In this document: piece by piece, positions 11,744-24,200 of the stretch
Layout: every line of letters starts with the position of its first letter
Position numbering within the stretch: the first letter of the stretch is position 1
Assembly (NCBI GenBank): GCA_002633005.1
Contig: NMRA01000355.1
Coordinates: 332,310 to 396,309, forward strand
DNA: 64,000 nucleotides
Direction of reading: 5' to 3'
Source: Phoronis australis
Lineage: Eukaryota; Animalia; Phoronida
The notes under the pieces: model-generated
What the model was told of the DNA's origin: nothing
The model's input: only the letters and a program-made list of their open reading frames with translations
The model's database searches: none
Translations under genes and position numbers: made by a program

Positions 11744-12931
11744 GCCCGCTAGCGAGCATTTCTGCTTTCTTTACTCGTAAATTGTCCCTTTGTTGAACTA
11801 TTTTTGAGCGGACTCGCGTAATGTCGATTTCAGCCAAATGTTGGCAGTTCCTGGGTAAACCGACTCGTAGACGAGACCATAGTTTAGATGTCTGGGGACG
11901 AGACGTTGTCGCGCCACCTGGTGAATGGGCTCGCAGAACTGCCGTGAATATCTTTGCAAAGAACCGTTTTCAATCGAGATTGAAGGACTTGCGACTGAGT
12001 AAGAGAAGCAGGAAAATGGTCCCTTGACATTGGTTCTGATGTCCGATATTACAAGACTTAAAATACCGCATGTGGAGATAACTCAGACCGGATATAAGTT
12101 AGATAACACGCGTTGGTGGCGACTCACGAGGTAAATGGAAAAATCCACTCCACAAATAATTACAACAATATGGATTTTATATTTCGCACAAAATTTCAAC
12201 AGGTTTCCTGGAAAATTTACAAAATTAACATTTGTTGACAACGAGCCGGAAGACTGGCAATTCGTCGTCAATAGTTCACATATTTCAAGTCTCCATCGGC
12301 ACACCTTCGTCTAAAATAGGTTAGAGTAACTCCAGACACTTTGTGAACTGGTCAACAGCAGATGTTTGAACTCTCTGATGATGCAACAGGCGGCGTCTCG
12401 GTTGTTTATTGCGTCAATGCACGTCCGGTGTGGCCAATTAAACCGACAGATTGAAACCAACGGATCGGATGGGTTTTTAACCAGTTACCTAAGCTATTGG
12501 ATAACTCGAGAATTGAATGAACATTTCCTGTTATGAACATCAAGTGAAGGAAGCTATTATCGCCGTACTGACGTTTTTGCCCTAACTAATTGCAATTTCT
12601 AAGTTGTAAAACCAAGATGCTCTGATGGCGTTTTTTAATGGAACCGTAGATTGAAGGCCAGTTAGCAAGAGAAGCAATTTACTCGGAATTTCAAATTTTT
12701 TCGGATCATCTTGAAGGAAGAGCGAGCGCTCTTAGTGCGCCGTCAGAATACATGGTTTTCCGGTACGCCCACACAATACATATTTCATCAGTGTTGTCCT
12801 CTTAAGTTCGCGATAATTTGAACAGAACACAGACTCGGGCATTAATCGTAGCCACTATTTTGATGTACCGAGACATAAATTATCGAGTAAACAACAACGT
12901 GGCAGCTGGTTCAAATTCATTAGTATGGAGA

Positions 12932-12989
12932 ATCATAAGGGGCGTGTCAGATCATAAGGGGCGTGTCAGATCATAAGGGGCGTGTCAGA
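12932..12989. repeat. 19-bp tandem repeat, 3 copies (atcataaggggcgtgtcag)
   Basis: Three perfect copies read directly. Confidence 0.95.
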
Positions 12990-13242
12990 CTTTGTTTTTG
13001 TTTTCAGGTTTTCTGCTCAAATTGTTTACATGCGTCGAATTTCTGGTCTGCATTGAAATTACGTAGACGCACTGTAGGCAGCGAGTGATGTACACTCCTT
13101 GCTGTGGCCAGCTGCGAAATTTCAAAGACTACGTACAACTATGGAATGCCAAAGCGGAAAAATAGTTTCTTTTCAAGAATTAACGCCTATGTAGGACAAT
13201 CAAACAATTCAAAGCTAGATTGTAGCTAGGACCTACAATTAA

Positions 13243-13640
13243 TCACGTCAGGACCAAAATTTATCGTGCCAGGACTGAAACTGCTTATGCCACGAAACCA
13301 CGTGACCATTCCTTATTCGGCAATGGTGAAGCGCTGTGTCTCTGAAATAGTCAACCCTATTCAAGCCTAATGTGCCCAAGAGAACATTGGTTTCTGTTTA
13401 CATAAAGCGTGGAAGAGACATTAGAAATTCAGTCTCATTGTCAGTTGTCACGACAATATGACTGCTGTGTACCTAGTACCTACTTCTTCACTTTGAGCAG
13501 TCGATGCTTGTGGTCTCCTGGCATGAACATTTTCTGGCGTGATCAATTTTATGACTTGACGCGTTCGGTTCTGGCGTGTCAAGTTTTGGTTCTGAAATGT
13601 TAAATTTTCGGTCCTGGCGTGATAAAGTTTGGTCTTGAGT
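13243..13640. repeat. Foldback-like degenerate inverted repeat
   Basis: tcaggaccaaaatttatcgtgccaggactgaaa (~13248-13280) is close to the reverse complement of tttcggtcctggcgtgataaagtttggtcttga (~13606-13638); several ctggcgtg modules lie between. Confidence 0.5.
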
Positions 13641-15018
13641 TTTTTGGTCTTGTAGAGTTAAAAAAATGTTTTGGTCTGTTTTTAATTCTTGCATAAGTTC
13701 TGGTTTTGGGGTATTTATATTTGGCCTTGTAGGATGAAAATAATGTTTTGCCTGTTCTTAAATCTTGCATAGAAAATGTGTGTCCTAGATATTTTCCGCT
13801 TTGGATTTCTAATAGTTTGGAAAGCCAAGGCTATAAAAGTTCAGGACACGCATTCTCTTCTACGTTTTCCTTCGCTCCCTTGATTTGGTGCGTTCGATGC
13901 TTTCATGAGAGATGACATGAATCAAATAAGCCGTATGACACTTGTTCCGCCGTCGTTGACTCCTGTTCCGTCGGACAACCGGCTAAGACTTCTGAATTCT
14001 TGTCGATTACGACTTCCCGCTTACAAGAGTAGCACTGAACAGTTAGGTTGCGGCCGCGGCCAGTTTGCACTGCCAAAATATTAAAATCTAGGGATATGCC
14101 AGGCTTGAGGGCATTTTTTATTTAGGTATTGTATGTTGTCCAAGTGAATGTGGTTTGTTTTTATTTGTGAACATGTTGAGAATAAAAAGGCCACTTTCTC
14201 GGCTGTAGCTGCACTCTTCTTCAAGATGGTGGCCCCCTGTTGCAATAGTGCATTGCTGGGTAGCACCTGAGAAATTGGGCGCAATTTCAGGTAGCCCTCA
14301 AACAAGCCAAATTTGCAAAAAAATGTAGTTGGTTGACAGTACTTTTGGACTACACGTTTGGAATCGATGGTAAATTTGATTTCAGAATGTAATGTTTGCT
14401 TTAGTCGGGCATCGGCAGGGAAGTGGTGATTTTGGGGTGAAAAGTGCCGATTTTGCATTTTTGCCCCTATTTTTCTCAGTCTAACTTGGTTTTCAGTGGG
14501 ATTGAAAGGGTCAAAAATACAAGAGAGAATAAAGTTTCTGTGCTCATCTGTAGGGCTTGTGATGTGAAATGACTCAAAACGTTTCTGGTCTTTGCATGCA
14601 GTTTTTGACCGAGTGAAGAATGGGTGAAGAGTCCATTGACGTGTGCTCTGATAGGCAAACCCCTGTGAGAACTGTTCTGTGCCTCCAAGTGTCTTAGACG
14701 GGTGACACGGGCCACGGTACCGACGAACTGAATCAAGGACAGCCTGTGTTTTAGTGGAAAACAAAACGCTTCAATTGTTTTCTTGTCAATATATCTTTAC
14801 CTGCAACTTCTTTCCGACTGTTGCTGCGACCAAAACCTCTGTTGATTAGTTTTACAAGACGTAATATCGTGCTTTTAGAATGAGGGCGTACATCGTTGCC
14901 ACAGGTAATTACTTGCTACGGAACTGGCTCTCAGAATACCCACAATTCCAATGTCTAGGAACATGCAAGAAGTGTAGCTAGTATTTTTACTAATAATACA
15001 GTGCCAGTGATTGCTTAC

Positions 15019-15189
15019 CCCTGACCAAACGCCCGCGGTCCATTCGGCCTGGCAGATGGTTTTGTCGCAGCGCCGCGTTTTGTCAGGCTTGGGTTGCGTC
15101 CCGCATTTCCCGTCCGGCAGTGGCTGGTCGTTCAGAGTGCATTGCACGTCTCGTTGACTGATTGTGTCACCGTTATCAGAGCAGTAACA
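15019..15189 (-). CDS. Short ADAMTS-like protein, coding exon 2: TSP1 repeat
   Basis: Acceptor catttcag|, donor GGG|gtaagc, 171 nt (phase 0-0). Translation CYCSDNGDTISQRDVQCTLNDQPLPDGKCGTQPKPDKTRRCDKTICQAEWTAGVWSG. Confidence 0.9.
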
Positions 15190-17921
15190 CTGAAATGTGG
15201 TTTGAAAACAATAAACAGTCGCTACTGTTCTACTCTATCTTGTTATACCACTTGAGTAAACAAATACACAATTATTCAGGTTTTTGTCGACCGATGACTA
15301 AGAAAATTGCTATTTTGGTAATTCTGTGAGTATCAATAAAACTCTACTGATTTAACGGCATTGAAATAGATTTCTTAAAGAGGTTATAACCCCTCGTACC
15401 ATCTGTCTAAAACCACCTTTTAATTAAGGACTCTTACTAAAATTCTTTCTGTTTTGCTCTTTGCTTCGCCATAAATTATTTCTAGACTTGAGAGGGGCTG
15501 GTACATGTATGTCGTTATTACTTAAGTTCAAAACCACTAAGTTTTTCCTCACTGTGGGTCAGTTTCAGACACTATGGCAGAATTCCTTGAGGATTTTCGT
15601 GACCAATTTCAATTCAAACAAAAGATAAAAACGCGATGACGTTGCTCTTCTATCAACTTCATGAACCTGAATTAATGCGGACAAAAACTTGGTCTTCCGC
15701 TCGCACTGCGCATTTGCTGAATGGAGATTTATAGGGTGACGTCACAACCAAGAAATTATTTCTGGAAATTATCTTCGTAACTGGTAACTTGTAGTTTTCT
15801 GTGTATTCTCAGAGATATTGCACTTCTGTTCAAGCGAGATCTAATTATTTTTTCAGAAGTAGTTATTTGGAGCGTTCAAATTTCTGTAACTTTAATCCCA
15901 ATGGTTTACCAGGGATTCAACTCCTCCTCATACAAGGCAAAAATTTCAAAGTTTTTTCCGGGTGCAGTCAGAAGCGAGTTTATTTTTATTGTCTGATATT
16001 TAAGCAACACGTCGATGTAGACGCTCTCCGTACTAAACCTGTGGTTGTATGCACAGCCGCCTAACAGCTTTTCACCGATTGTAAAGGAATCTATTTAGCT
16101 AAACAAAAATAAACTTGAAAATCTGAAAAATGGTTTTCACTGAGACGATGTGCTGTTAGTAAAGAAGACGCAGTTCGCTTTGAGTCCCAAAAGTTTTAAA
16201 TTAAAATTGTTAGTTAATTAATCAAACACTTTCATCAAGGCTTAAAATGAGTTCAGATTTAGTCTTAACACGGCAAGGTTGTTCTTCACCTGTTTATCGA
16301 ATATTGGTGAAAATGCTAAATCGTAGTTTTTTAAATTCTCAACAAAAATTAACGTTAAGAAAAATCGACTTCTCAACATGGTTCGTACGCTGCAGGAACT
16401 ATTCAACAACTTTTAGTAGATTCCCGTTGCTTGTAGCGTTTAAATCAGTCGGAGGAAAACAAAACTTGGTTGTGCGACACAACAGGAGAATTACCGTACC
16501 GCGTGTTTCCAAGTTTCTTTTTAGATTTATTGAGATGTTGATTTATTTAACATCGACTGATCATAAAATAATAATACAATTCAATACAATGTAATGTCAT
16601 ACAGCTCATTAATAGAGACAGATTAAATAAGGCAAAGAAAAAATAAATTTAACGCTAACAGACGATTGGTGATCGCCCGAGAAGAGGTTACTTATTTCCG
16701 TGGTAGTCCGTCACCCTGTGAACTGTATGCCGTGCTGCAGATGGCGATGAACGTGTGAACCACTTACTCGAAATGAAGTAATTGCTAATCAGGCGCAGAA
16801 AGACTGTTGGCATGTACGCACCGACCTCTTCGTAACATGCTGAAGACGGCATGCTTTCCTTACTTCTTCATTAACAGCTTCACGGTGGCGCCTCTAAATT
16901 CCAACTGCAATCCTCTGTCACGGACCTCAGCATACCCCACAAGCCATAGACACCCCAACACTAGCGAAAAATGCTTCACATCCGGCGACCAAATTTCATC
17001 CCCTGGGGCAATATTCTCCGGAACCCGTAATGGTAGCGTGGTCACCACGTAAAGAGCATTTCCGGTGTGGAGATCGAGGCGCTGCAGGACTGCTGGTCCG
17101 TGACACGGGTTTAGAGTATAAGGTGACGCGGCAGTGGAATCGTTTCCACTCCTTGATTTAAAAGGATATTGAAACCTATTTTAGTCTTGACATATATCAC
17201 GACAACAGCACTTCTTTGAAACATAATCATTTGTTCCAACACTCGCCAACTGTCAGAAGCCTAGAACAAGTTTGGCAACTGTGGAAAGTCTCAGTGCCGA
17301 ATCGGCGAAGCGTGACTAACGCTTTAGCCGCGTTAATATGCGGCAGTGGTAAAAACGGCCTAAATGGAGTCACAAGGTGCATTTGTGACACAAAGTCAGG
17401 TGACATCACAAAACTGAAGTTTGGTTTTGTATCTTTTTATAACGGAGAACTGCGAATGGCACAGGTGACATTTATTGCACACTGGTCATTTGGCAGAAAC
17501 CAAAGCACATTCATTGGGCTGCGGCCTTCTTCTTTTCGTTTCCTGTAGTCACGTGCTTATTTGCCTCATTCAAAATAAAGGTATCAAAAGACATGAGTTG
17601 CACTCGTGATGCGTTTACCAACTAGTTTTGTTAGTGTGTATAACAGAAATTTACAGTCAACAAAATTAACTGAAAAAATTTAACTCGAACCTTACTTACA
17701 ACGAAAAACAGTTACCAAACAAGGCATATTTTAATTACATTAAAAACTTAGTTAAAGGCAATTTGCCATTTCCGAAAAACACTTGTGTGGACGTGATTGC
17801 TGGCAAGTGTATCAAATTTTAGTTATTTTTTTTCGTCTTGACGTAGCGAAAGTGCTGCTAGGTATTTATAGTAAACAGCGAGTCACAACAAACAGTGTTT
17901 TTTCCACATTTAAAAACCTAC

Positions 17922-18743
17922 CTCAGACCATTCATCAGCTCTCCATTTGGGACATTCCCCTCGGGTTTCTTCGTTACATTTCCGTTCATGTTCGGGTTTT
18001 CTTAGCCCGTGTCGCGTGCACATTTCCTCTTCCATACTTCTGAAGTACCAGTCGTAGATCAACTCGCACGAGGTATTGCGGATCTGAAAACCCACCCCAT
18101 CGCAGCCTTTCGTTGAACATGGGCCCCAGTCGGACACAATGAATTTATAAGGCACGTAGGAATAATCGTAGGAATCGTCCCAGAACCCATGACGCGGGTC
18201 TTCAGAAGTTAATACTAAATCGTTTTCACCTGCAGTCAACGCTTGTCGTTTTCGCCTAATACCACGTGGCGAGCTCCTCACAACGCGTTCGTCATGTAGC
18301 TTTTTCGCCGATTCTATTGAATGAAAGGCAAGCATTAAGCGAGCCTCCTGCGTGCCGTTGCAACACACGTATGATCCGGAATCGTTGACATCACTTTTTG
18401 GAATAAATAGTGCTCCTGAGTATAATAAATGAAACTTCTGTCCATTAGTTATCATTTCTCCGTTTTTCTTCCATGTCACGCTCCCTGGAGTCTGTGTCGT
18501 TTTCAGTGGACACGTCAGTTCCACGGAAGTTTCCGGAAGCAGAAGAGCCTTTCCGTCCACGTAGAGTGCAACAAGGGGTTTTGGTTTCATCTGAACAAAC
18601 AACTTGTTGCTGTCATGCCATAACTTATCTTTGCTATCAAAGGTTTTCCCAAAGACATCAAAACTGGTTTTACTTTGTAAAACGTCTACTCCTGACGACG
18701 AGGTAAGAAATCCTACGCTGAGCAAATATAGGAAAAAATACAT
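17922..18743 (-). CDS. Short ADAMTS-like protein (ADAMTSL1/3, MADD-4-like C-terminal architecture), coding exon 1: signal peptide, Ig domain, RRKR site, TSP1 repeat
   Basis: ATG at 18743; MYFFLYLLSVGFLTSSSG is signal-peptide-like. Ig motifs VELTC..VTWKKNG..GALFI..DSGSYVC; RRKR at 18246-18257; TSP1 SDWGPCSTKGCDGVGFQIRNTSC. Donor GAG|gtaggt, 822 nt, phase 0. The four exons total 1518 nt, i.e. 505 aa plus stop. Confidence 0.9.
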
Positions 18744-18904
18744 TGTGAAAATCCGCGTTTGCAGTAACCTCACCTAGTGAGCACAACAAATCTGCCGTTT
18801 GCACAAATAAACTCCAGGTTTGGATTATACTGCCTAATAGCTTATCTCGCCTTGGGAATTAATAACCGATGTCTTGTCATAATTCTGCTGTTGGCAAAAC
18901 TCAC

Positions 18905-18985
18905 CGTGTTGCTGAGACTGAAGTCGGCTGGCGGTCAGAGTTCGTTCGTTGCCGAAATAGTTGATCCTGAAAGTTCCTATTTAAA
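18905..18985 (-). promoter_or_regulatory. Candidate core promoter and non-coding first exon of the ADAMTSL-like gene
   Basis: TATA-like TTTAAATA (minus) at ~18978-18985. Strong donor acg|gtgagt at 18904 and acceptor gctcactag| at 18774 define a 131-nt 5'UTR intron ending 30 nt before the ATG. Confidence 0.45.
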
Positions 18986-21072
18986 ACTATTTATCTCGAA
19001 TGCTCTTCTACAGTACTGTTCGAAAATCCACTTGACGTGCGTCAGATGTTGAAGTCGATCAAATGCCACGTTGCATTTGTACTTTTAGATGCGCAGTCTT
19101 TTGCCATTAGCCTTGCCGTACAGTTGTTGCGACTGGTGCCATCATCACGACTATACACCCACCTGCATGCGTGGCGGATTAAGGTTTCTCGGAAGCCTAA
19201 CCCATACGATGTAGCGGGGCCCTGGAAATTTGTATTCGACCCGAGTGGCCACGCTACACCACAGGTGGCAATAATGTGTCCGCCTCACTCGTCGTAATAT
19301 TGTCACCCTGGTGCTATTGTTTTCAACCTGGGTGACAATGTTTTCAAAGGTATGTGTAATGGAAAAGGGAGCAAAACAAACCAAAAGGGGGTAAGTTCCA
19401 CAAACCATTGCATGTGGCATTTTGGCTACTTTAACTTCTTTTGAGTCCACAGGCTGCTACTGCAAACTTGCCGTCATTTGCCTCACACGATATGGGTCTT
19501 TAACATTTCATCCCAACCTGTATTCTAACAAACAGTGCATTTGTTGTGTTTATCTCCAGCAGTCGGCCGTACAGAGTTTGCTGAACTGCCGCGAAGTGTT
19601 TTAGACCACGCTAAAATGTTAATCGCGCGACTTATCTCGTTTTCTCCTAATTTCAGGGCACTCATTTAACCAGCTAATGAGATGGTTTAACAAGCGACCA
19701 ACACCATCTGGTATTATAATCTCAAATTCCGCGTTGAAAACTCGCTGTTGGCGGGTGTGAATTGAAACAAGTTAAACGGCCCTAAACTATCGCGTCTTCT
19801 GTTACACCGTGAACCGATCGTAGCACAAAACTTTAATCGGATTTTTTTGCGAATAAACGAAAGCCATTTTGTAATTGATGAATTTCCGAAGTCTGTGCAT
19901 TTAGGAGTTGATAAATATCGATTGGAATGGTTTGTTGGGAACTCTGTTGACCGTCAACAGGGACTGCCAGTGGAAAAGAGAGTGTTGTCTTGCAGTGGTG
20001 ATGCTTACATGTTTGCACGATTTCTCAAATAACTTTGTATAATCCCAAGTGGCTATTAGTTTGGTTTGTGCACCTTCAAGCCTTTCACGTACGTAGTTAC
20101 AGATTGATTACGTAATCATGGCTGTAACGGATTTAACCAGGTATTTCTCCTCACGTGACTTTCATTGTTCCATCAATTCCATAGCAATTTTCTACATATT
20201 AGTTTCTTCGGGTTCAGTTTTTAACGTGTTAGTGTGTTTTATGTAAACGGCAGTTGATCAGGATTTCAGTCATTCCAAATGAGGACTGACTGTACATCAT
20301 TGGGCATAAGAAGAAACTCAGATAATATTTTTTTCGAGTTCATATATAATAAATAGACAATCTTGGTCCATGTTTTAACATCATTTTTTACATTTACTAG
20401 TGCGTTCTTAAATCGGTAAAATCATGATGACTTTTTGCATCTGCTCAGATAATTATAACATGCTGAATGCTTAGAAATCTGTTTAGAAAATTTTTCATAA
20501 CACTTGCACCGTCAGACACTGTTAACGGTTTTATTCATTGCACCAAGCAGAAAGCAAGAAGAAAACAATGTGGTTATTGAGAAAAGGCTCTTGGGAAAAT
20601 AATTGTGTTCATGAGAAAATGATGCTGTTGGTAAGAATGCACGAGCGGTTGGTAAGTACGCCCGAGCGGCTGGCGGTGAGATATTGAACAAGTTTAGCAT
20701 CACCTGTGAAAAACACCGTGTTATCTTTGGAGATTATACCAAGAAAACGAGTTGTTTCCAATTTCAAAAACTAATTTTCATGAAATCCACGCAATAACCA
20801 ACGCCAGTTAAAACTATATTTTGCCCTGTTTAGCTGCTTTGATCAGATGAAATCGGCTTCCTTGCCGCGGTGCTGTTGGATTCCATTTTCGTATCCAATT
20901 CAAGTGTCACAGTCAATGCGTACACGCGCTTTCTTCCACGTTCTTTTTCCGTAACGGAAGTAGAATCCTATAACGGAAAGGGGTGTTATAACACCGATTT
21001 TATGGAAGTAAAATACCCAATTCGATGTTTGTTCTTTAAATAGTTGAACAGGGCGAAAGGCAACTTTTTAAG

Positions 21073-21240
21073 CTTATGGAGGACTACTTATGGAGGACTA
21101 CTTATGGAGGACTACTTATGGAGGACTACTTATGGAGGACTACTTATGGAGAACTACTTATGGAGGACTACTTATGGAGGGCTACTTATGGAGGACTACT
21201 TATGGAGGACTACTTATGGAGGACTACTTATGGAGGACTA
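21073..21240. repeat. 14-bp minisatellite, 12 copies (cttatggaggacta)
   Basis: 168 bp of near-perfect units; this explains the repetitive ORFs in the track. Confidence 0.97.
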
Positions 21241-24200
21241 GCAAAAAGTTTGTTTATTTAGCCAAATACCTACAAAACTTTAGATTTTAATTCAGTAAAA
21301 GTATTTATTTTTTCTCAAAACATAAAGGATGTAGAATGTGACTTTGATTGTCTACCAATCTGCTGTTAGAGATTTTTATAGTTCCTCGTACAAAAGTGGA
21401 ACCTTTTAATAACAATTCTTATAGTCCTGGAGAACAGTATCTTTCAGTTTCGTTTTGATCCGATTACCGATTTCTGAGATATAATGCTCCAAAGTTGGCC
21501 ACATACAAGAAACATTAAATTTTTTACTAACCGCCATAACTTCATTAAGTACAGCGTAATACATGTTCGTCGTAGGTATCCGATGATCAATGAACAATCG
21601 ACGGTCTGTTTTTGCAGACAGCTATTATACAAGTCTCAATAGTCAACTGTGTTTTACAACAATACCTCTTTCATTAACAGCCGGTAAAACAAACTCTTGC
21701 TATCTGCCGAACCCTTACCACGGAACCTTAACTCCAACCAGGCTGAGATACTTGAATCACAGCATTTCAAAACATTGCCATCAGGCGCCGATACTTTGTG
21801 GCCCAAGGTCGATAACATCATTATAGTTAATTCCTCTAAACCAAAATCAACCGTGGAACATGTCTCGGAGTTAGAAATAATACCGGTGGATGTTTTTCAA
21901 GTCTATAGAACTAGAATCCAACTAAGAATGACTGGTGACAAAATATCACATGATCGCTAAAGGCTACAATTAGACAGTGGCTTCACGCGACTTATTAACA
22001 TTCTGTCCAACTTACTCGTGCTGGGCAGAGTACAGTTGTAGTTGAGCTTCTAGCACGGTGAGCATTCTTTACAATGTTTTTACGCCGCGTGGTGAGTGTT
22101 TGTGGTGTATGGTAAGAATTTTGATCCGTGGTAAGAATTCTTCGTCTCATGGAAAGGTTTTAACTAATTTCCTTGATTATTCCTACATACGGAATGGTTC
22201 CCGTTTTTAACCCATGTCTGGCCATCGTAGTGTACGTATCACCGGTGTCATGCGGCACGCAACATAAATATATCAACAGACAAGATGGTGATTTATGGGT
22301 CATTCCTCGGGGTCACTTTATTTACACTAAGCCGCAGATGACACAGAAGCCATCCGCGATAACAAAACAGCGTGTAAAGTGCATGCGGTTTGCATGCAAT
22401 ATCTGTCCACTGTCAGAACCTCTTTGGTCATAATCCTAGTTGTGTGCGAGTGGTCATGTAAAGAACTTAGAACATGAAGATAAATAGCACTAGTCTCGTG
22501 TTTAAAAAGAAGAAATACAGCCCTAGGTAGATGGTCACTTCAATCCATTTCTGATATTTTGATTGTTTGCTGACGTCAGCTTAGGAAAACTTCCTGCGAC
22601 CTGTCTTGTACTGAGAAACCGCAGACCTGACCAATCTAGGGCAATGAGATTGCAAAGCGTTCAACTCAATTGCTCGCTGTCCTTTTCAATAAACAATAGC
22701 CAAATGATAGATGTATTTCACATAAATATCTCTAGGGCCTATTGTTACTTTAAAGCCATTTGCAGCGCCATCTTTGAGAAACACTGGGTCGTGTTTTGGT
22801 GTAGAACCAGTTGACGAATTAGCGTTGCTATCACTCTTTATTTCAGCATAGATCGAATAGTGGACATTGGTTCATTTCGTTGTGAAATATGCAAGCCAGA
22901 CTGACTTTATTGCGCTGTCTGGGATTTTTAAGACATCCTGGTAAATAGCTTTTAATCTTACTATGCAAAACCTAAGGTGGAGAATAAACGGAGTCTGAAC
23001 TGACAAAATGCTTACAGGTCGTTACGTGGAAGATCATAAATCCGTGAACATGCCCAAGACAGTTCGGGACATTTCTCACGGCACGTGACCTGTAGATGCA
23101 TATTTTCATGCCCCTGTCGGACAACAAGGAAGCTTTTTGACAAGCATCCTGCGCGCGCACCCGAACATAACAAAACTTTCCTGTGACCCGAGATGCAGTG
23201 AAAATTTCTTGACCTCTAAATTTACCGTCGTGTATTATGCATTTTTACTTTGAACGCCTGTGACCTATTTATCAAATTTCTAGACTCAAAATTTGCGGAA
23301 ACTAAACAGTCATTAGTTGTATCATCCTGTTCTTTACAGTGATATTATGTTGACAATATCACTACGCCAAATGAAGATAACACGTTTTCGATCGGTTAAT
23401 TTTGTCTGGTAGAAGATATAATTCTTTTGTAGTCATCGTGCTGATCGGAACACAGCAGTCCCGTTTTTCGCCGTTGCACAATTTCAAAGCATTGTTCCTG
23501 AGAGACATAGTGCACCCGTTTTGTCTTTAGACAGTAACCATAGTATTTGGCGTTAAAAACCGAGCTAGATTATGTTTACGTAGATTTTTTAACATACCAG
23601 CCAAAATGCATAATCAAAATAATACAAAACGGTCCGTGCTATTTTAAACATTTGTGTTTGGTAAATTAAAACCTGTTTCCATCCTAAATAAGACCATTGA
23701 CCTGGGTTGGTGGCGATTTTTTGTCATGTGAGTATTTTTCACAACAAGCCTCCCATTGTATGCCCAGGAGTTCGTGTGCAATACCGGATGGTATTGACAC
23801 GTCAGAATCCATTCCCTTAATTACGTATTTCTGGGTATTCTCCGAGTCATTTTACGAAATTGTTTCCGTTGGTGGGGGAAGCCTTCCCCGGGACCATTAT
23901 AATGTCGATATTTTGAAACATGACAATTGCTCTCGACCAGGTAGAAACTGCGGCTCATTCATGATAGATGGCTGAAGACGCTTTCTATAAACACCACCCT
24001 TGGCGCTGGTAGGCCACCACGAATAAAGAAATGGCGGACTGTCGGTCCACGCCTAACTGAGACGTCTGAAGATACTCTTGTCACTTTACTATGATCAAAA
24101 CTTCATTAAGTTAGTTAATAACACAAGTTCAGTTGGGCAAGACAGCTTCCCTGTTTATTAATAGTGTGTTTTGAGAGAAAATGAACTTGAATGCACTGAA

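Noticed and set aside
14081-14764. 227-aa minus-strand ORF
   Set aside because: Non-ATG start, no recognisable domain and no compatible splice sites; probably a chance ORF in a repeat-derived intronic segment.
14801-14838. 38-nt micro-exon candidate (cag|...|gtaaag) in ADAMTSL intron 2
   Set aside because: It would shift the frame between phase-0 junctions and split a TSP1 repeat (WSG|CSRSC).
21044-21290. Repetitive ORFs (MEDYLWRTTYGGLL)n
   Set aside because: Translation of a 14-bp minisatellite.
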